Shown: positions 9,083 through 16,804, counted from the stretch's first letter. The stretch: DNA of 64,000 nt from Gemmatimonadota bacterium (GCA_003222085.1 QHUK01000010.1:145801-209800); one strand, 5' to 3'. Program-made: numbers and translations. The notes: generated by a model not told the origin, from the sequence alone.

Positions 9083-9975
9083 TTGGTCGGTTGCTGCTCG
9101 CAGGGACGGCGCTCACCGCCGCCTGCGCTGCCGGAACTCGCGGGACACCCACCGTCGCAGCCCCCGCACTCCCCCCCACGCCGGGCACCTCGACGACGGC
9201 TCCGGCGACGGAGGGGCCCGCCGCGCGCCGTCCCGACGTCGTTCGCTACGGACCCAGCGCCGTGCGCTACGTCGTGCACCGGCGGCTCCACATCCAGCAG
9301 GCCTTCGGCGATCAGACCCAAGCCCAGGACGTGGGTGCCCGGATCTTCGTGGCGACGGCGATCACGGGGCCCGCCGACAGCATCGGATATCCGGCCACCT
9401 TCCTCGTGGACTCGATCGTCGCCGACTCGGGAACGCCGCCGCCGATCGTGGACAACACCAACAAGGTGCGCAAGCTCGTGTTCGCGGGACGCGTGGCGCC
9501 GCGCGGCGAGTTCGTGAACGCGCTGCCGTCGGACAGCGCCGTGTCGCAGTCCGTCGTGCAGCTCCTCGGGAACTTCCGGGATTTTCTCCCGCGGCTGCCG
9601 CTCGACGGCGTCCAGCCCGGAGCCGCCTGGACCGACACGGTCGAGACGAGCCAGAAGGGGACCGGTTCCGAAGTGTCGCGGCGTACGATCTCGCATTCCA
9701 CGGCGGGCGGGTGGGAGGACCGCCTCGGCACCCGCAGCGTACGGGTGGCGGGGAGCCAGAGCTATCGCGTGGCCGGGGGCGGCAAGAACGCGGGGCAACC
9801 GTTCGAGCTCTCCGGCGCAGGAACGGGCAGCGGGGTAGCCTACATCGCCGCCGACGGCCGTTACCTGGGCGGTGAATGGCAGGACTCGACGACCCTGACC
9901 GTGCGGCTGCCGGTGCAAGGCGTCGCGGTCCCGGTAATTCAGGTGACTCGCACGACGGTCGCGGTGCTGCCGTAG
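9079..9975 (+). CDS. hypothetical lipoprotein
   Basis: In-frame ATG within ORF 8908..9975. N-terminus MIGRLLLAGTALTAAC contains a lipobox. Translationally coupled to the upstream small ORF. Confidence 0.6.
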   Translation: MIGRLLLAGTALTAACAAGTRGTPTVAAPALPPTPGTSTTAPATEGPAARRPDVVRYGPSAVRYVVHRRLHIQQAFGDQTQAQDVGARIFVATAITGPADSIGYPATFLVDSIVADSGTPPPIVDNTNKVRKLVFAGRVAPRGEFVNALPSDSAVSQSVVQLLGNFRDFLPRLPLDGVQPGAAWTDTVETSQKGTGSEVSRRTISHSTAGGWEDRLGTRSVRVAGSQSYRVAGGGKNAGQPFELSGAGTGSGVAYIAADGRYLGGEWQDSTTLTVRLPVQGVAVPVIQVTRTTVAVLP

Positions 9976-9976
9976 T

Positions 9977-10030
9977 GGTCGGACGGTCGGACCCTAAAGG
10001 ACTCCCCTGCGGTCGCGGTCGGACGGTCGG
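9977..10030. repeat. two direct copies of GGTCGGACGGTCGG, 40 bp apart, in an intergenic spacer
   Basis: Copies at 9977-9990 and 10017-10030, read directly. They belong to a CCGNCCG-type oligomer family also seen near 12.35, 16.99, 19.55 and 59.9-60.0 kb. Confidence 0.7.
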
Positions 10031-10031
10031 C

Positions 10032-10838
10032 TTGTCCGTGCCACTCCTGCTCCTCGCGACCAGCGCGTTCGCCCAGGTCGCCCCGAACACCACCACTCGT
10101 TATCTCTTCCCCACCGACGTCAGCGACGCGCGGGCCCTCTGGGTCAATGCCGCCGGCCTGGCGGCGTTTCCAGCGGCGTCGGTCCATCTCGACCTGACGG
10201 TCGGCGATCCGGGCGCGAGCGGCAAGTTGCGGCAACTCACCTTCGGCCTCAATTCCCGCGGGCTGTCGCTCGGCTACCAGCGCGACCTGTTCAGCGACCA
10301 CCAACGGGGGCACACCTACCGGGTGGGATACGCGGCGGGCCGTGCGGGACTCGCGGCAGGATTTGCGGCGGCGCTGTACCGGGGGGGTACCTCCAGCACG
10401 GGCTGGGACGTGGGCGTCGTGTACGACTGGGTGCCGGCTCTGTCGGTGGGCGGAGCGATCCAAAACATCGGACGACCGGTCGTGCGCGATTCGACCCTGC
10501 GCATCACATACGTCCCGAGTGCGACGCTGCGGCTCGCCGGGCGACGGGTCGTCGTATCTGCGCTCAGCCGCGTCACGACCGATGGGGTGGCGGGCTACGC
10601 CCTGGGTCTGGGCGGCACACTACGAGCGGAGACGTCATTCCCCATCGGCCTGCTCGCCCGCCTCGACACCGACCGCTCGCTGCGCCGCACTGGTCTCGCG
10701 TTCGGCTTCTCGCTCGGCGGTGAAGACGCCGCCGGTCTGATTGCGACGGCTCCCGGCGATGCTCACGGAATCGACGGCCTGAGCGTGTACGGCGTGTCGA
10801 CGCGGCGCCTTACCAGCGCGCGGCGGTCGGGGCCCTAG
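10032..10838 (+). CDS. putative secreted or outer-membrane beta-strand-rich protein
   Basis: In-frame TTG 10032 or GTG 10038 within ORF 9876..10838. Signal peptide PLLLLATSAFAQ. Alternating G/S/T/Y-rich strand-like segments. Family not recognised. Confidence 0.5.
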   Translation: MSVPLLLLATSAFAQVAPNTTTRYLFPTDVSDARALWVNAAGLAAFPAASVHLDLTVGDPGASGKLRQLTFGLNSRGLSLGYQRDLFSDHQRGHTYRVGYAAGRAGLAAGFAAALYRGGTSSTGWDVGVVYDWVPALSVGGAIQNIGRPVVRDSTLRITYVPSATLRLAGRRVVVSALSRVTTDGVAGYALGLGGTLRAETSFPIGLLARLDTDRSLRRTGLAFGFSLGGEDAAGLIATAPGDAHGIDGLSVYGVSTRRLTSARRSGP

Positions 10839-12169
10839 TTCTCACCGATCAGCTTGCCGAGCCGGCGCGACAGCTCGTACACATCGCGGAACGAGAGGTG
10901 GCGAAACACGGTGTCGCGACGCGCGCGCGACAGGGTGAGGACCATGCGGAACGAGAGGCCGCCTCGCAGCTCGGCCCCATAGCCCACTTGGACTGAGTCC
11001 CGGCGATAGGCGCGCACGCGGTGGGGCGTCACCACCGCCACGTTCCGGCGCGCCACCAGCAGCAGCGTGGTATCGTCGGCGCCGCGGGGCGAGAAGACGT
11101 AGAGGGCCGGGTCTCCGGGAGCGAGCGCGCCCTGACGTCGCAGTGGCTGAGCGAGGCTGTCGGGAATGGGCGCGTGTGCCGAGATGCGGGGAGCCCGCGA
11201 CAGGACGGCGAGCCCCCCGAGGACGAGGGCCCCCACCACGCCGAGGCCCACGACTGCCTGGAGGGCGCCGGACAGGACGGAGGACCGCATTCCTACGCTG
11301 TCCTGCGCCGCGGCGGGGAGGGCGTCGACCAACGCCCGGCTCAGCTCCTCGGCGCTCTGGAAGCGCTCGGCGGGGTCCTTGGCGAGCGCGCGATCGACCA
11401 CCCCGGCGAGCGTTGGCGGAACCTCGCTGCGGTGCTGCTGGATCGGCACGGGGGTGGCGGTGGCCTGCTTCATGAGGATGGACTGGGCGGACTCGCCGTC
11501 GAACGGCGGCACCCCGGCGAGCATCTGATACAACACGACCCCGAGCGAGTAAATGTCCGAGCGGGCATCCACGTCCTCTCCGGTGGCCTGCTCGGGACTC
11601 ATGTAATGGGGCGTCCCGACCACCATGCCCTCGGTGGTGAGCTGACTGACGGTCGCCTCCTGCGCGGCCTTCGCGATCCCGAAGTCGGTCACGAGCACGT
11701 GGCCCGCGCTGTCGAGCAGGATGTTGTCGGGCTTCACGTCGCGGTGCACGATCCCGTGCAGGTGCGCATGGGCCAGCGCGTCCGCCACCTGCCGCGCGAT
11801 CCGGGCCGCGTCGCGCAGCGACAGGCGCTGATGCTTTTCCAGCAGCTGGCGGAGCGAGGGCCCGTCGAGGCAGCGCATGACGATGTACAGGACTTCGTTC
11901 TTGTAGCCCCCGACCTTGTAGATCGGCACGATGTGCGGGTGTTCGAGCCGCGCGCTGGTGCGCGCCTCCCGCACGAACCGCTCGGCCAGCCCGGGCGACG
12001 GCGTGAGCCCCAGGTCGAGCACCTTCACCGCGACGTCGTGTCCCAGGGTCAGGTCCCGGACGCGGAACACGGCGGCGAACCCGCCCTCGCCCAGGACGTC
12101 TCCCACAGTAAATTTTTTGCCGAGGGCTTTCTGGAGGCGGCGACGCAGCGTGGTGAGATCGAGCGACAT
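10835..12169 (-). CDS. Ser/Thr protein kinase with C-terminal TM segment and small extracytoplasmic domain
   Basis: Kinase motifs: GEGGFAAVF glycine loop, AVKVL, HRDVKPDNILL, TDFGIAK, HYMSPEQ. TM segment LQAVVGLGVVGALVLGGLAVL. Confidence 0.9.
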   Translation of the reverse strand: MSLDLTTLRRRLQKALGKKFTVGDVLGEGGFAAVFRVRDLTLGHDVAVKVLDLGLTPSPGLAERFVREARTSARLEHPHIVPIYKVGGYKNEVLYIVMRCLDGPSLRQLLEKHQRLSLRDAARIARQVADALAHAHLHGIVHRDVKPDNILLDSAGHVLVTDFGIAKAAQEATVSQLTTEGMVVGTPHYMSPEQATGEDVDARSDIYSLGVVLYQMLAGVPPFDGESAQSILMKQATATPVPIQQHRSEVPPTLAGVVDRALAKDPAERFQSAEELSRALVDALPAAAQDSVGMRSSVLSGALQAVVGLGVVGALVLGGLAVLSRAPRISAHAPIPDSLAQPLRRQGALAPGDPALYVFSPRGADDTTLLLVARRNVAVVTPHRVRAYRRDSVQVGYGAELRGGLSFRMVLTLSRARRDTVFRHLSFRDVYELSRRLGKLIGEN

Positions 12170-13055
12170 GGCGGACGCGAAACCTAGGAACCTGCGCCGC
12201 GTGGCGCTAGGGACGAGCGGTGTCGTCCTCGCGTGGCTGTTCGCCGTGTGGCCGCCTCCCGTGTGGTGGCGGGATCACTGGCCGCGGGAGACGGCGATGA
12301 TGCGAGAAGAGACGGACTGGCGGACCGGCGGTCGGGCGGTCGGGGGTGCTCAGTCCGCCCGTCCGGCCGTCCGCCCGACCGACCTCGAGAACATCTCCCC
12401 CGTCCTCCAGCGCATGGTCATCATCGCCGAGGACTCGCGGTTCCGCTCGCACGTCGGGATCGATCCGGCCGAGATCGCGGATGCGCTCGGCGTGGACCGT
12501 GCCCACGGGTTCTGGTCCGCCGTCGGCGCGGCGTGGCGGCACCGTGACCGGCTGCGGGGCGCGAGCACGATCACCCAGCAAGTCGCCAAGAATCTGTATC
12601 TCTCTTCCTCGCGCAATCCGATCCGCAAGGTGAAGGAAGCGGTCACCGCTCTGCAGCTCGAGCTCACGCTCTCGAAGGACCGGATCCTCGAGCTGTATCT
12701 GAACGTGGCGGAGTGGGGGCCGGGCATCTGGGGCGTGGATGCGGCGAGCCGCGCGTACTTCGCCGTTTCCGCATCGCGTCTCAGTGAGGAGCAGGCCGCC
12801 GAGCTCGCGGCGACGCTGCCGCATCCGCGCACATCCAATCCCACGTTCCGTCCCGAACGGACGCTCGCGCGGCGCGGACTCATTCTCGCGAGATATCACG
12901 GTGTGGACGTGTACATCCCACCGGAGGAAGAGACCGACACGGTGTTAGTCGTGCCGCCGGTGATCGTGCCGCCGATCGACACGCTGAACGTTCAGCTCCC
13001 GGTGCCTGGGGACACGCTGGTGGACACGACAAGGAGTCAGACGGACAGCTTGTAG
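12168..13055 (+). CDS. mtgA: monofunctional peptidoglycan glycosyltransferase (GT51)
   Basis: In-frame ATG within ORF 11931..13055. TM segment GVVLAWLFAVW. GT51 motifs: IIAEDSRFRSHVGID, GASTITQQVAKNL, KILELYLNVAEWG. GTG 12201 is an alternative start. Confidence 0.85.
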   Translation: MADAKPRNLRRVALGTSGVVLAWLFAVWPPPVWWRDHWPRETAMMREETDWRTGGRAVGGAQSARPAVRPTDLENISPVLQRMVIIAEDSRFRSHVGIDPAEIADALGVDRAHGFWSAVGAAWRHRDRLRGASTITQQVAKNLYLSSSRNPIRKVKEAVTALQLELTLSKDRILELYLNVAEWGPGIWGVDAASRAYFAVSASRLSEEQAAELAATLPHPRTSNPTFRPERTLARRGLILARYHGVDVYIPPEEETDTVLVVPPVIVPPIDTLNVQLPVPGDTLVDTTRSQTDSL

Positions 13056-13165
13056 GTAGGCGCCGAGGCGCCGAGACGCAAAGTGGATATGAGGAATGAG
13101 CGATTAGGAAGTCCTATACACTCGACCCTCATATCCACTCGGCGCCTAGGCGCCTCGGCGTCTAC
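13056..13165. terminator. long imperfect inverted repeat between convergent mtgA and dnaN (putative bidirectional terminator)
   Basis: Arms of about 39 nt at 13056-13094 and 13127-13165. The outer 17 bp have 1 mismatch and the inner 13 bp are AGTGGATATGAGG/CCTCATATCCACT. They flank a 32-nt relatively AT-rich loop. There is no clear U-tract. Confidence 0.55.
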
Positions 13166-13175
13166 CTGAGCGTCT

Positions 13176-14282
13176 CTAGTCTACCAACCGTAGGGGCATC
13201 ACCAGCGCCATATAGCTCGCCGGGTCATCCCACCCGACCGGCTCCACCGTGGCGGCGCGCTCGGGAGCCTTGAAGGTGAGTCGTACCTCGTCGGTGGGCA
13301 TGTATTTCAGGATCTCGAGCAGGTACATCGCGTTGAAGCCGATCTCGAGCGGCTCGCCTTCGTAGGTGATCGTGAGCTCGTCCTGCGCTTCGCCCAGGTC
13401 CGGTGTCTGGACCGAGAACTTCACGGCACCGCCGGAGAACGCGAGGCGGATCCGGTGCGTCTGATCGCTCGCGACCACGCTCATGCGCCGCAACGCCGCC
13501 GCCATCGCGGCCTTGTCTACCGTGGCGACCTTGTCGTTCTCGCGCGGGATGACCTGCTCGTAATTCGGGTACGGCCCTTCGATCAAGCGGGAGAACACGA
13601 GGGTCCCACCGGCGCGGAACCCGATGTGGTTGTCGCTCCGCGCGATCTCGAGGGCGTCGTCGGCCGCAAACAGACGACGGGTCTGCTCGAGCGCCTTGGG
13701 CGGCACGATCAGGTCGGCGGTCGAACCCCCCTTCGCAGGTACGTCCATTTTCGCGAGCCGGTGCCCGTTGGTCGCCACCATCCGCATGTGGTCGGGCCGG
13801 AGCTCCCACAGCACGCCGTTCAGGATCGGCCGGCTCTCCTCGGTCGATGCGGCGAACGCGACGTGCCCCACGAGCTTGTGCACCACCCCCGCCGCGGCGT
13901 TCCACGCCCCGTCGAACTTGACCGCAGGGAACGAGGGGAACTCCTCGCGCGGCAACCCGAGCAGTTTGAATTTCGAGCGGCCGCACTCGATCCCGACGCG
14001 CGACTCGCCGGCGGCGGTGATCCGGACCGGGCCCGAAGGCAGCTCCCGGGCGATGTCCACGAGCTTCTTCGCCGGGAGGGTGACGGCGCCTTCCGCATCC
14101 ACGTCGGCCGGGACGGTGGTGCTCACGGCGATGTCGAGATCGGTGCCGGAGAGCCGCAGACCCTGCTTGGTCACCTCGACCAGGACGTTGGCGAGCACGG
14201 GCAGAGTCGTCTTGGCCGGGATGGCCGCGGCGACCGCGCTCAGTCCTTCCTGCAGCTGCTCCCGTGTAATGGTGAACTTCAT
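13176..14282 (-). CDS. dnaN: DNA polymerase III subunit beta (sliding clamp)
   Basis: ORF 13176..14282. N-terminus MKFTITREQLQEGL... and a typical clamp length (368 aa), located immediately downstream of dnaA. Confidence 0.95.
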   Translation of the reverse strand: MKFTITREQLQEGLSAVAAAIPAKTTLPVLANVLVEVTKQGLRLSGTDLDIAVSTTVPADVDAEGAVTLPAKKLVDIARELPSGPVRITAAGESRVGIECGRSKFKLLGLPREEFPSFPAVKFDGAWNAAAGVVHKLVGHVAFAASTEESRPILNGVLWELRPDHMRMVATNGHRLAKMDVPAKGGSTADLIVPPKALEQTRRLFAADDALEIARSDNHIGFRAGGTLVFSRLIEGPYPNYEQVIPRENDKVATVDKAAMAAALRRMSVVASDQTHRIRLAFSGGAVKFSVQTPDLGEAQDELTITYEGEPLEIGFNAMYLLEILKYMPTDEVRLTFKAPERAATVEPVGWDDPASYMALVMPLRLVD

Positions 14283-14528
14283 CCGTGCCGTGGCCCTTTT
14301 GCGTATTCTGTGGAGTAAGACTCTACTACTCTACTAAGATAGAACTACTAGTAGTAGTAGTAGAGAGCGGGGAAATGTTGGCGCGTCGGCCTAAGCCGTT
14401 TCGCATGAGGGCCCGCGGGCTTCCCGCGGTCACGTGACCCGTTTGTTGGGACTGTTGGTATCCCGGGCCTTCCCCACATGCGCGCGCCGCTCCCACACCC
14501 GCCCACATGACCTGCTCCCCGATGTTGA
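14283..14528. other. candidate oriC segment / DNA-unwinding element in the dnaA-dnaN spacer
   Basis: About 65 bp of strikingly AT-rich DNA (roughly 14303-14367) made of TAC/TAG units with dyad symmetry (CTCTACTACTCTACTA...TAGTAGTAGTAGTAGAG). Weak DnaA-box-like 9-mers: TGTGGAGTA at 14309-14317 and TTCCCCACA at 14470-14478, each 7/9 to the consensus. Palindrome GGTCACGTGACC at 14428-14439. Confidence 0.45.
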
Positions 14529-15908
14529 CTACAGTGCGGACAATTCCTGGCGCGCCATTTCGACGCGCTCCTTGAACGTCCGATCCCGCATCATCTGCCG
14601 CTCGACCTTGTCCACCGAGTGAATCACCGTCGAATGGTCGCGCCCGCCGAACGCCTGGCCAATCTCCACGAGCTGCAGCCCGAGCATGTTCCGCGCGAGG
14701 TACATCGCCACCTGGCGCGGAATCGTCAGCGTCTTGGTGCGCGCCTTGGAGCGGAGTCCCTCCGGCGTCACGCCCCAGCGGCGGGCCACCACTTCCTGCA
14801 CCCGGTCGATGCTCGGCGTGGGCTGGGCGTAGCTCGCCCCCTCCTCCCCCTGACGGATCTTGTCCGACAGGGCCTCCCGCGCGAGCTCGATCGTGACCTC
14901 GCGGTTCTTGAGCGAGGCGAAGAGGAGCAGCTTGATGATGCAGCCCTCGAGCTCCCGCACGCTCGAGCGCACGTGCTCCGCGATGAACCGCAGCACGTCG
15001 TCGGGAATCGTGAGCTCGAGATGATCCTGCTCCGCCTTCTTGCGCAGGATCGCGATGCGGTGCTCCAGGTCCGGGTGCCCGATGTCGGCCACCAGGCCCC
15101 ACTCGAACCGGGAGATCAGCCGATCCTCGAGCCCCGGGATCTCTTTCGGCGGCCGATCCGAGGTGAGCACGATCTGCTTGTGTCCCTCGAACAGGGCGTT
15201 GAACGTGTGGAAGAACTCCTCCTGGGTCATTTCCTTCCCTTCGAGGAAATGCACGTCGTCCACCAGGAAGAGATCAACGTCGTTGCGGTACCGGCGCCGG
15301 AACTCCGACATGGTACGCGCGTGAATCGATTCGATGACTTCGTTGATGAACTGCTCGGCGCCGAAGTAGTGCACCCGCGTGCCCGGATACTTGGTGAGCA
15401 CGGCATGGGCGACCGCCTGCATCAAATGCGTCTTGCCGAGTCCCGTGGCGCCGTAGATAAAGAGCGGATTGTACGTCTTGCCGGGTGCTTCCGCGACCGC
15501 GTGCGCGGCCGCGGCGGCGAGCTCGTTCGACTTCCCGATCACGAAGGTCTGGAACGTATACCGCTCGTTGAGCGGCGTGGTCGGGACGCCCGACTTGTCG
15601 AGGGTCGCCGGCTCGCGCGGCGCCACGAAGAAGTCCATCTGGGGTCGCTGCTGGCGATCCTCTTGCACCCGGAACACGATCGCCGTGGGCCGCCCGAACA
15701 CCCGCTCGGCCGCGCGCGCCAGGACGCTGGCGTGCTTCGATTCGTTCCATTCGACGGCGAATTGGTCCGGGGCCCCGACGATCAGACGACCGTCGTCCAG
15801 CGCGATCGGCACCGCGGGCTCGAGCCACGTCCGCACGGTGGCGTCGGGGAGTTCGCGCCGCGCCTCGTCGAGGAGTCGCTTCCAAGCTTCTTTAGTAGAC
15901 TGCTCCAT
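14529..15908 (-). CDS. dnaA: chromosomal replication initiator protein DnaA
   Basis: This is the in-frame part of ORF 14529..16181. ATG 15908 gives the N-terminus MEQSTKEAWKRLLDEARREL. Walker A is GATGLGKTHL; other motifs are LLVDDVHFL and the C-terminal DNA-binding helix GGRDHSTVIH. Confidence 0.95.
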   Translation of the reverse strand: MEQSTKEAWKRLLDEARRELPDATVRTWLEPAVPIALDDGRLIVGAPDQFAVEWNESKHASVLARAAERVFGRPTAIVFRVQEDRQQRPQMDFFVAPREPATLDKSGVPTTPLNERYTFQTFVIGKSNELAAAAAHAVAEAPGKTYNPLFIYGATGLGKTHLMQAVAHAVLTKYPGTRVHYFGAEQFINEVIESIHARTMSEFRRRYRNDVDLFLVDDVHFLEGKEMTQEEFFHTFNALFEGHKQIVLTSDRPPKEIPGLEDRLISRFEWGLVADIGHPDLEHRIAILRKKAEQDHLELTIPDDVLRFIAEHVRSSVRELEGCIIKLLLFASLKNREVTIELAREALSDKIRQGEEGASYAQPTPSIDRVQEVVARRWGVTPEGLRSKARTKTLTIPRQVAMYLARNMLGLQLVEIGQAFGGRDHSTVIHSVDKVERQMMRDRTFKERVEMARQELSAL

Positions 15909-15951
15909 CCGCGACTGACTAGGAGGTGGGACGTCCAGCAAGGGCGGCCCG

Positions 15952-15980
15952 AAACTACGCGCCGCTTGTGGAAAAGTCAA
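15952..15980 (-). promoter_or_regulatory. putative dnaA promoter with embedded DnaA box
   Basis: On the minus strand: TTGACT (15980-15975), 17-nt spacer, TAGTTT (15957-15952). The spacer contains TTTTCCACA (plus-strand TGTGGAAAA 15967-15975), which is 8/9 to the TTATCCACA DnaA box. Confidence 0.5.
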
Positions 15981-15982
15981 CC

Positions 15983-16012
15983 TTGACCGCCGCGCCGGCG
16001 GCGGTGTACGTT
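15983..16012 (+). promoter_or_regulatory. putative rpmH promoter
   Basis: TTGACC (15983-15988), 18-nt spacer, TACGTT (16007-16012). Its -35 forms the palindrome GTCAACCTTGAC with the dnaA -35. GAGAGG lies 5 nt before the rpmH ATG. Confidence 0.4.
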
Positions 16013-16035
16013 TCCCGGCCTCACGAGAGGAATGC

Positions 16036-16197
16036 ATGGGTCCGACGTATCGCCCGCGCAATCGGCGGCGCATCAACAAGCACGGATTTCGCGCGCGCAT
16101 GAAAGACGTCTGGGGTCGCGCCGTCCTGTCCCGCCGGCGGAAGAAGGGGCGCAAGCGCCTCACCGTCCGCCTGCCGTCCAAACACCGGAGTCACTAA
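16036..16197 (+). CDS. rpmH: 50S ribosomal protein L34
   Basis: Below the ORF-track length cut-off, so translated by hand: [53 protein letters not shown]. This matches the L34 consensus (HGFRARM...GRKRLTV). Stop is TAA 16195-16197. Confidence 0.93.
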   Translation: MGPTYRPRNRRRINKHGFRARMKDVWGRAVLSRRRKKGRKRLTVRLPSKHRSH

Positions 16198-16220
16198 CGA
16201 GAGAGCGGTTCCCGCGGCGC

Positions 16221-16535
16221 GTGCGCCTCGCGCGCGGCCCGGAGCTCGCTGCGTGCTGGGAACAAGGTCGCCGCTTGTACACCCCGCATCTCGACCTGGC
16301 GTGGCACCCGAGTCCGCTGGGCTACGCGCGGATGGCAATCGTGGTTCCCCGCTTTCGGTTCACCGCGGTGGCCCGCAACCGCCTGCGCCGACGCTTGAGA
16401 GAGATTCTCAGACGCTACCCCGTCGCCTCGCTCCCCGCCGTCGATCTCGTCGTACGCGCGAAGCGCGCCGCGTACGCCGCGCCGTTTGCGCGGCTGCGCG
16501 CCGAGGTGGCGGCGAGCGTGACACGCCTCACATGA
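16221..16535 (+). CDS. rnpA: ribonuclease P protein component
   Basis: Frame of ORF 16032..16535. GTG 16221 is the only canonical start after the rpmH stop. The protein is basic (RNRLRRRLREILR) and follows rpmH as in most bacteria. The start is uncertain. Confidence 0.75.
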   Translation: MRLARGPELAACWEQGRRLYTPHLDLAWHPSPLGYARMAIVVPRFRFTAVARNRLRRRLREILRRYPVASLPAVDLVVRAKRAAYAAPFARLRAEVAASVTRLT

Positions 16536-16759
16536 ATCTCCGGCGCTGGCCGCGGCGCGCCGTCATGACGCTCATTCGCGTCTACCAGCTGACGCTGGCG
16601 CATCTGGTGTTCACGCAGTGTCGCTTCGTGCCGTCGTGCTCCCGCTACACCTTCGAAGCGGTGGAACGCTACGGCGCGGTCAGGGGTGTGTGGCTCGGCG
16701 CCCGACGGATCCTGCGCTGTCACCCTCTGCACCCCGGCGGCTACGATCCGGTGCCGTAA
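16532..16759 (+). CDS. yidD: membrane protein insertion efficiency factor YidD
   Basis: In-frame ATG 16532 overlaps the rnpA stop (ATGA). Motifs: YQLTLAH...CRFVPSCSRYTFEAVERYG...RILRCHPLHPGGYDPVP. Confidence 0.9.
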   Translation: MNLRRWPRRAVMTLIRVYQLTLAHLVFTQCRFVPSCSRYTFEAVERYGAVRGVWLGARRILRCHPLHPGGYDPVP

Positions 16760-16763
16760 CTAC

Positions 16764-16791
16764 TAGACGCACAGACGCGTAGACGCACAGA
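16764..16791 (+). repeat. direct repeat TAGACGCACAGA x2 flanking ACGCGT in the yidD-yidC spacer
   Basis: Copies at 16764-16775 and 16780-16791, read directly. AAGGA follows, then the yidC GTG at 16805. Confidence 0.6.
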
Positions 16792-16804
16792 GGCTAAGGA
16801 CCCA

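Noticed and set aside
14318-14362. The TAC/TAG triplet island, considered as a CRISPR-like array, a tRNA fragment or a micro-ORF.
   Set aside because: It has no spacer-repeat periodicity and no cloverleaf, and stop codons occur in every frame. It is better explained as an AT-rich unwinding or insulating element in the dnaA-dnaN spacer.
15921-16090. AGGAGG at 15921 followed by a GTG-initiated ~55-codon plus-strand frame overlapping rpmH.
   Set aside because: It has no family resemblance and overlaps the well-supported L34 gene in another frame. The AGGAGG is probably fortuitous.
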